From positions 96,001 through 160,000 of the forward strand of contig JBJOMY010000002.1 in assembly GCA_046052125.1 (NCBI GenBank): a DNA stretch of 64,000 nucleotides. Reading direction: 5' to 3'. Made by a program: the position numbers and the translations under genes. The stretch is from Cyanobacteriota bacterium. Its GTDB lineage: Bacteria > Cyanobacteriota > Cyanobacteriia > PCC-6307 > Cyanobiaceae. The notes beneath the pieces were generated by a model, which worked only from the letters and a program-made list of their open reading frames with translations, was not told where the DNA came from and made no database searches. This document shows, in pieces, positions 57,608 through 64,000 of this stretch (positions are counted from its first letter, which is position 1; each line of letters starts with the position of its first letter).

Positions 57608-60555
57608 CAGCTTGCCTCCTGCTGGCGATAGAGGGCGAAATAGCGACCCTTTCGGGCAATCAACTCATCATGCGTTCCGGTTTCCACAACCGCACCCTGA
57701 TGCATCATCACAATCAAATCAGCCCGACGAATTGTGGACAAACGGTGAGTGATGAAAAACACCGTGCAGTGATTGACATGTTCAAGAAGGTTGTTGCACA
57801 CTCGGCGCTCTGTGTCGTAATCGAGCGCGCTAGTGGCTTCATCCAGCACCAGCATTTTGGGCCGGCTCAGCAAGGTGCGCGCCAAAGCAATCCGTTGACG
57901 CTGCCCCCCCGATAGGCCAGCCCCCCTCTCACCCACATTGGTGCTGTAGCCGGAGGGCAACTCCATGATGAATTCATGGGCACAGGCCAGCGATGCAGCC
58001 TCCACAATGGAGTCACTCGTGGCATCGGGATCAGTGAGCGCAATGTTCTCTGCCACAGTGCCAGAGAACAGCAATGGCTCCTGCGGCACGATACCGATCT
58101 GTCGCCGCAACGAGTACAGCTCAACCTTATCAATGTCGTAACCATCCATCAGCACACGGCCCTGGCCAGGCGCATAGAGACGGGTCAGGAGTTTGGTGAG
58201 CGTGCTCTTACCACTGCCGCTCTGACCAACAATGCCGACAAAGGTTCCTGCAGGAATATCGAGATTGATGTTCTGCAACACAGGCGTTGACGTGCCCGGA
58301 AATGTGAAGCTCACATTCTCAAAGACAACCCGTCCATCCACGGGTGGCAATGGGATCTTCTGCTTGTCTTCTTCGTTCGATTCCTCTGGCGTATCAACAA
58401 CATCGGCCAGACGCTCAAAAGAAACCTTGAGCTCCTGGATATTTTGCCAGATGCCGGACAGCCGCAACATGGGCTGGGTGACATAACCAGAAATGATCCG
58501 AAAAGCAATCAACTGCCCAAGGCTCATCTCTCCTTTGAGAACAAGACTGGCGCCCACCCACAGCACCAGAAGCTGAGAGAGCTTCTGCAGCACCTGACTG
58601 GTTTCTGTGAGCGCCGTACCCGTAATTGTTTTTTCAAAGGTTCGCGCAATGTATTGGCTGTAAAAATCTTGCCATTTCCAACGGCTGATCATTTCTACGT
58701 TCTGGGCTTTCACCGTCTGGATACCACTGAGCACCTCCACCAGGTGACTTTGAGTACGAGCGTTTTGGTTGGCCGCATCGCGGTATTGACGGCGAAACAG
58801 TGGCGCACCCAGCAAAGTGAGCCCAACCTGAATGGGCAGCACCGACAAAGCGATCAGGGTGAGCAACCAGCTGTAGATCACCATCACCACGATGTAGATC
58901 ACCGAAAAAGCAGCATCCAAAACCGTCGTGAGGGCTTGACCAGTGAGGAAATTGCGAATTTTCTCCATCTCGGCAATGCGAGTGCCAAGCTCGCCGACCG
59001 GCCGACGATCGAAATAGCTCAGCGGCAGACGGAGCAGGTGATCGATCACTTCAGATCCCAGACGCAGGTCGATCCGATTGGTTGTTTCCGAAAAAAGGAA
59101 GGTGCGGAGCGATCCGATCACACCTTCCATCAAGGTGACTACCACCAGGGCGACACCCAGCACTTGCAGCGTGTCCAAGCTGCGCTGACTGATCACCTTA
59201 TCGATGATCACCTGAATCAATAGGGGATTGGCCAGGCTGAACAGCTGCACCACAAAGGATGCCAGCAAGACCTGGAGCAATAAGCCGCGATAGCGGCGCA
59301 GGGCCGGCCAGAACCAGGAAAAACCAAAGCGCTGCTCGGGAGTGCTGTTACTCCTCTCCAACAACAGAAGCTCGATCCCTTCCGGGAAGGTGGTCTCGAT
59401 CTGCTCGGGCGACAGCTCAACCCAACCATCACGAGGGGAGGCCAACACAAGGCCTTGCGCGTTACTGAGCTGCACGAGAGCAAACCCACCGTTCCAGCTC
59501 ACCAATCCAGGTGTCTGAAGCCGGGTGCCCTGAGAAGCTGGGACCCGCACGCCGCTCACGTGCAAGCCGAGCATGGCGCCAAGGCTTCCGCATAACTGCA
59601 GATTGGGCTGTCGCCCGCGATTCAAGCCTTCGCGCAGGATCCGCTCAATTGCATCGCGGCGAAAAGGAAGACGCAGCTCGGCCGAGAGCATCTGGAAGCA
59701 CGCCAGCACTTCATCAAGCGGTCCAGTCGCGCGCACCAGCGCAAATCTGGCTCGATCACGGCTACCCAGATCGAGGCCCGATTGCAACGGTGCCGTAGGC
59801 AACGCGGTATCAGCAGCAACCAACGCTCCTGCTGAAGGAGTCTCGACTTTGACTGTATCCAGACCGTCACCGAGCAGTGCCTCTAAGGGCTCGCGCTGCC
59901 AGGCCAACAACCGTGCTTGAAGAGGTGGATGAGCCTGCGGAACGCCCGCCGCTGGATCCAGGCTGGCGCCCAGCTCATGGTCGGCAAGGTTGTTGCTGGC
60001 GGCTAGGAGCTGCTCGTTAGCCCGCACGGATCCCAAGGAGGGAGCTGTCGCGTCCACGCAGCGTGCGTAGGGCAGAAGATCGCGACATAGATCACGCAGA
60101 CCGATCCGTGCCGTGGGGTGCACCTGCAACAACGGCGCGAGGAGATCAGCCAACTCCGCAGGCCACAACTGCGAACTACACCAGCTGCGAAAACTGGGTT
60201 CCTCCTGTAGCAGCTGCAGCAGATCTGCATCCGAAAGCGCTGCTGCCCGTAGCTCGGAAGCGGCAGCCACCTCCTCGCAACCCTTCACGCGCAGAAAGGA
60301 AGCCAGGCCAACCCACTCGCCGGGACCAAGTTTGCACAGGGTGACGGTGCGTCCATGCTCCTGGACCAGCACCCGGGCTTCTCCCTCAAGGATGAGGAGC
60401 ACCTCCTTGGGCACCAGGTCGCGATGGCACAGCGGCTGGCCAACCCCGAACCTGCGCTCTTGCAGCTGTGTGCTGAGCTGCTCCAAGCGAGCCGGAGAGA
60501 GCTGGGCCAGAGCGGGGTGGGCGGCCAACAGGTTGTCGGAGACGACCTGAGTCAT
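57607..60555 (-). CDS. type I secretion ABC transporter with cNMP-binding and C39-like domains (HlyB/HetC-like)
   Basis: N-terminal cNMP-like domain, C39-like segment, ABC TM domain, GQSGSGKST, LSGGQRQR, LDEATSALD. Confidence 0.92.
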   Translation of the reverse strand: MTQVVSDNLLAAHPALAQLSPARLEQLSTQLQERRFGVGQPLCHRDLVPKEVLLILEGEARVLVQEHGRTVTLCKLGPGEWVGLASFLRVKGCEEVAAASELRAAALSDADLLQLLQEEPSFRSWCSSQLWPAELADLLAPLLQVHPTARIGLRDLCRDLLPYARCVDATAPSLGSVRANEQLLAASNNLADHELGASLDPAAGVPQAHPPLQARLLAWQREPLEALLGDGLDTVKVETPSAGALVAADTALPTAPLQSGLDLGSRDRARFALVRATGPLDEVLACFQMLSAELRLPFRRDAIERILREGLNRGRQPNLQLCGSLGAMLGLHVSGVRVPASQGTRLQTPGLVSWNGGFALVQLSNAQGLVLASPRDGWVELSPEQIETTFPEGIELLLLERSNSTPEQRFGFSWFWPALRRYRGLLLQVLLASFVVQLFSLANPLLIQVIIDKVISQRSLDTLQVLGVALVVVTLMEGVIGSLRTFLFSETTNRIDLRLGSEVIDHLLRLPLSYFDRRPVGELGTRIAEMEKIRNFLTGQALTTVLDAAFSVIYIVVMVIYSWLLTLIALSVLPIQVGLTLLGAPLFRRQYRDAANQNARTQSHLVEVLSGIQTVKAQNVEMISRWKWQDFYSQYIARTFEKTITGTALTETSQVLQKLSQLLVLWVGASLVLKGEMSLGQLIAFRIISGYVTQPMLRLSGIWQNIQELKVSFERLADVVDTPEESNEEDKQKIPLPPVDGRVVFENVSFTFPGTSTPVLQNINLDIPAGTFVGIVGQSGSGKSTLTKLLTRLYAPGQGRVLMDGYDIDKVELYSLRRQIGIVPQEPLLFSGTVAENIALTDPDATSDSIVEAASLACAHEFIMELPSGYSTNVGERGAGLSGGQRQRIALARTLLSRPKMLVLDEATSALDYDTERRVCNNLLEHVNHCTVFFITHRLSTIRRADLIVMMHQGAVVETGTHDELIARKGRYFALYRQQEAS

Positions 60556-61289
60556 GCCTCGGGAAAGCGCAGGGGAATCAGCTGATTGATGCGTTGAAGC
60601 ACGGCCTCCTCAACAGCCTCCTCAAAGAGTTCGCGGGCCATCTGCTCAGCCGTTTCGTCGTTCAGGGTTGCAGGGGTGTAGCTCTCCAGCCTCACAACCA
60701 GCCACCACTTCTCAATCCGAAACGGCTCCAGCAGCACACCAGGCGTCCCTGTGCGCAGCCGCTCCGCCAAAACAGGGTGCGCCTGCATCAACGGGACAGG
60801 ACCGACCACTCCACGGGTGGTGCGCTCAGGTCCTTCGGCATAGCGCGATGCCAGTTCTGCGAAATCCGATTCACCTTCATTGATCCGCAGATAGAGCTCG
60901 CGGGCCAGACCGGCATCCTCAAGACGCAACAAGCTGTAAACCACACGGTCGAGTTGGTTCTTGCGCTGCAGAAAGCGAGCTTCGGCCTTGGGCCGGTAAT
61001 GCTCCTCCACGTATCGCTGCAGACGCCAGGGTTGGAGGAGCTGTTGCTCCAACTCCTCGCGATGCAACAAGTTGAGGCGCAGAAAGACCTGTAGATCCTC
61101 TTCCGTCGAAAGTTGCTGCTCCTGCATGAATGCCTGCAGAGCCTGAGCGGAGTCTTCAGGAGTCACCGGCACAGCAGCTGCGTATTTGGCGACCACCATC
61201 TGACGCAGTAGAGGTTTCACCATCCGATGACGCGCCAACAGATCGACCTGATCCGGGCTCAGCGACGGAGAGGGTTCACCGGCGAGCAA
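60552..61289 (-). CDS. PpiC/parvulin-type peptidylprolyl isomerase
   Basis: VVYSLLR, ARELYLRI..GE.DFAELA..YAEGPE..TRGVVGP; start uncertain. Confidence 0.85.
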   Translation of the reverse strand: MLAGEPSPSLSPDQVDLLARHRMVKPLLRQMVVAKYAAAVPVTPEDSAQALQAFMQEQQLSTEEDLQVFLRLNLLHREELEQQLLQPWRLQRYVEEHYRPKAEARFLQRKNQLDRVVYSLLRLEDAGLARELYLRINEGESDFAELASRYAEGPERTTRGVVGPVPLMQAHPVLAERLRTGTPGVLLEPFRIEKWWLVVRLESYTPATLNDETAEQMARELFEEAVEEAVLQRINQLIPLRFPEA

Positions 61290-61390
61290 TGCAACACCTA
61301 AGAAAGCCGCTGCAAGTTAGGTTCAAAACCATTGGATCGCACCACTGGTGCAGCATCTAGGGATCGATCCCCTGCAATTGACAGCAGAGA

Positions 61391-62023
61391 GTGACTGAAT
61401 TGAGCCTGCCGGTGGTGGAAACCTTCCACTCGCTCCAGGGCGAAGGAATCCACGGCGGCCGCAGTGCCTTCTTCATTCGCCTGGGGGGCTGCAGCGTGGG
61501 CTGCAGCTGGTGCGACACGAAGCCGTCGTGGCCGCGCGACGTGCATCCGAAGCTGGCGATCGAGGCACTGCGGCGTGAGGCGGAGCAGGCCACCGCTGCC
61601 GGAGCGGCCTTCGTGGTGATTACCGGCGGGGAGCCGCTGGAGCACAACCTGTCTCCACTCTGCGAGGTGCTGCAGTCCATCGGAGTGCCGCTGCATCTGG
61701 AAACCAGCGGCGTGGGTGATCTGAGCGGATCGTTCCACTGGATCACCCTGTCGCCCAAGCCGCACCGACCGCCCAGCCCTAGAGCCTTGGCCGCCTGCCA
61801 TGAGCTCAAGGTGGTGGTGCATGAAGCCAGTGATCTGAGCTTCGCCGAAGCGATGGCCGCCGCAGCCATCCAGGGGCGCGGCGCCGATCAATCAGCGCCC
61901 CAGCTGCTGCTGCAACCCGGTTGGGCAAGCGAAGCCGGCCAGCAGTTGGCGATCGATTACGTGCGTAGCCATCCCCAATGGAGGCTGAGCCTGCAGAGCC
62001 ACAAGTGGCTGGGGGTGCGATGA
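61391..62023 (+). CDS. queE: 7-carboxy-7-deazaguanine synthase (radical SAM)
   Basis: ETFHSLQGEG, CSVGCSWCDT, TGGEP, ETSG, LSLQSHK. Confidence 0.95.
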   Translation: MTELSLPVVETFHSLQGEGIHGGRSAFFIRLGGCSVGCSWCDTKPSWPRDVHPKLAIEALRREAEQATAAGAAFVVITGGEPLEHNLSPLCEVLQSIGVPLHLETSGVGDLSGSFHWITLSPKPHRPPSPRALAACHELKVVVHEASDLSFAEAMAAAAIQGRGADQSAPQLLLQPGWASEAGQQLAIDYVRSHPQWRLSLQSHKWLGVR

Positions 62024-62044
62024 GGGATCCCACGCCTCGGCATC

Positions 62045-62749
62045 ATGGAGCTGGCGCCCGTTTCGCAGCACTTGCCCACCGCCATTGCTCTGCTCTCCGG
62101 CGGGCTCGACTCCGCCACCGCCGCCGCCCTGGCCGTTGAAGCGGGCCAGCGCGTGATTGGGCTGTCGTTTGATTACGGCCAGCGCCATCGGCGTGAACTG
62201 GAAGCCGCCGCCTGCGTGGCGCAGCGCCTTGGCCTGGCGGAGCACCACACCATCAGCGTGAACCTGGCGGCTTGGGGCGGATCCGCTCTCACCGACAGCA
62301 GCATCGCCGTCCCCAGCGAAGGGGTGCAGAGCGATGTGATCCCCAGCACCTATGTGCCCGGGCGCAACACCGTGTTCATCGCCATCGGCCTCAGCCTGGC
62401 GGAAGCGCGAGGCGCCGAACGGCTGGTGCTCGGCGTGAACGCCGTGGACTACTCCGGCTATCCCGACTGCCGGCCGGATTACCTGGAGGCCTTTCAGCGC
62501 CTGGCCGATCTGGCCAGCAAAGCCGGCCGGGAAGGCCATGGCAGCCAGCTCTGGGCGCCCCTGGTGCAGTGGAGCAAAACCAAAATCGTGCAGGAGGCCC
62601 TGCGGCTGGGGGTGCCGATCGAAGACACCTGGAGCTGCTACAGCGGCGGCAGCGAACCCTGCGGTGTGTGCGACAGCTGTCGGATCCGTGATGCCGCCCT
62701 GATCGAAGCGGGCCGGCCCGACCTGGCCAGCCGCGCCGGCCGGAGCTGA
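62045..62749 (+). CDS. queC: 7-cyano-7-deazaguanine synthase
   Basis: LSGGLDS, YGQRH, YVPGRN, YPDCRP, TWSCY...CGVCDSC. Confidence 0.97.
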   Translation: MELAPVSQHLPTAIALLSGGLDSATAAALAVEAGQRVIGLSFDYGQRHRRELEAAACVAQRLGLAEHHTISVNLAAWGGSALTDSSIAVPSEGVQSDVIPSTYVPGRNTVFIAIGLSLAEARGAERLVLGVNAVDYSGYPDCRPDYLEAFQRLADLASKAGREGHGSQLWAPLVQWSKTKIVQEALRLGVPIEDTWSCYSGGSEPCGVCDSCRIRDAALIEAGRPDLASRAGRS

Positions 62750-64000
62750 TGCCCACCACGCGCTTGCGGGTGAGCTGGCGCACGCCAGCCAACCTGGCAC
62801 CCCTGCTGGCTGAGCACTGGGGCCAGGAGGGGCTGATCTGGCTCGATGGGGATGGCAGCGCCCTGGGCCGCTGGGCCACCCTGGCCGCCGATCCGGTGGA
62901 GCAGTACTGCTGCCGAGGCCGCCCGGGCGATCCGGGCGCCAGTGATCCTTTCAACGTGCTCAGCAGCCTGGGGCCAGGGCATTGGTGCGGCTGGCTCAGC
63001 TACGAAGCCGCAGCCTGGGTGGAACCGTCCAACCCCTGGAAGGCAGACCGCATGGCCAGCCTCTGGATCGCCCGCCAAGATCCGGTGCTGCGCTTCGATC
63101 TGGAGGAGCAACAGCTGTGGCTGGAGGGGCAGGATCTAGCGCGGCTGGAGGCCATGGCTCAGTGGCTGGAGTCGTTGCCCGATGGCGGAGAGCTGCGCCG
63201 CGAGCAAGCGCCCTCCATCCCCCTGGAGAGCTGGCAGTGGCATAGCGATCGCGCCGCGTTCGCCAGAGGGGTGGAGCGCATCCGCGCCTTGATCGCCAGT
63301 GGCGATCTGTTTCAGGCGAACCTCACCGCCTGCTGCAGCACGGTGCTTCCGGGCGGCGGGCCCGAGGAATCAGCGGTGGCTTTGCCGCTGTTTGAGCGGC
63401 TGCGGGATCGCTGCCCAGCACCCTTTGCCGGACTGGTGGTGGCAGCGGGCGAGGCCCGCGGCGAGGCAGTGATTTCGGCCTCGCCGGAGCGTTTTTTGCA
63501 AGTAAGCGCCGATGGCCTGGTGGAAACCAGGCCGATCAAAGGCACCCGGCCGCGGGATCCCGATCCCCAGCGCGATGCGGATCAGGCGGCAGAGCTGGTG
63601 TGCAGCGGCAAAGACCGCGCCGAGAACGTGATGATCGTGGACCTGCTTCGCAACGACCTAGGCCGGGTCTGCGTGCCGGGCTCCATTCATGTGCCTCAGC
63701 TGGTGGGGCTGGAGAGTTACCCACAGGTGCATCACCTCACCTCGGTGGTGAGTGGACAGCTCCAACCCGGACGCAGCTGGGCCGACCTACTGCAGGCCTG
63801 CTGGCCGGGGGGATCGATCAGCGGTGCGCCAAAACTGCGGGCCTGCCAACGGCTGGCGGAACTGGAGCCGGTCGCCCGCGGCCCCTATTGCGGCTCGCTG
63901 ATCCGCCGCGACTTTGACGGCAGCTTCGACAGCAGCATCCTCATCCGCACCCTGCTCTTGCAGGGCCGCGAACTGCGCTGCCATGCGGGCTGCGGCATCG
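62749..64000 (+). CDS. pabB: aminodeoxychorismate synthase component I / anthranilate synthase I family (truncated by window end)
   Basis: Manual translation from ATG 62749: GDLFQANL, SASPERF, RPIKGTRPR, KDRAENVMIVDLLRNDLG, PGGSISGAPK. Confidence 0.88.
   Translation, partial: MPTTRLRVSWRTPANLAPLLAEHWGQEGLIWLDGDGSALGRWATLAADPVEQYCCRGRPGDPGASDPFNVLSSLGPGHWCGWLSYEAAAWVEPSNPWKADRMASLWIARQDPVLRFDLEEQQLWLEGQDLARLEAMAQWLESLPDGGELRREQAPSIPLESWQWHSDRAAFARGVERIRALIASGDLFQANLTACCSTVLPGGGPEESAVALPLFERLRDRCPAPFAGLVVAAGEARGEAVISASPERFLQVSADGLVETRPIKGTRPRDPDPQRDADQAAELVCSGKDRAENVMIVDLLRNDLGRVCVPGSIHVPQLVGLESYPQVHHLTSVVSGQLQPGRSWADLLQACWPGGSISGAPKLRACQRLAELEPVARGPYCGSLIRRDFDGSFDSSILIRTLLLQGRELRCHAGCGI

Noticed and set aside
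61290..61390. preQ1 riboswitch upstream of queE
   Set aside because: A GGTTC is present, but the matching stem and 3' A-rich tail are not
61391..62749. queE/queC as a 7-deazaguanine DNA-modification (dpd) defence island
   Set aside because: Housekeeping context with pabB; no dpdA/tgt-like or other dpd genes in the window

Overview
GC-rich picocyanobacterial (Synechococcus/Cyanobium-type) chromosome segment. It is mostly core genes in recognisable order: alaS (partial), SNF2/SWIM pair, hspA, flv3-flv1, gcvP/gcvH, two desC, rplI-dnaB, mnmG, ubiC, ligA, valS, tRNA-Val(TAC), mazG, arfB, speE-speB, gcvT, aspS, a group 2 sigma factor, pyrG, queE-queC and pabB (partial). Accessory units are interspersed: a calpain-family protease between dnaB and mnmG, an orphan solute-binding lipoprotein coupled to an MscS channel gene, a DevBCA exporter, a low-GC RHH+AraC islet, a lower-GC PPIase/HlyB/HlyD type I secretion cassette without a cargo gene, and an HTH-like gene between the two desaturases. 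I saw no CRISPR array, transposase, integrase or prophage. All calls come from reading motifs by eye; no database searches were run, and several start codons are best guesses.
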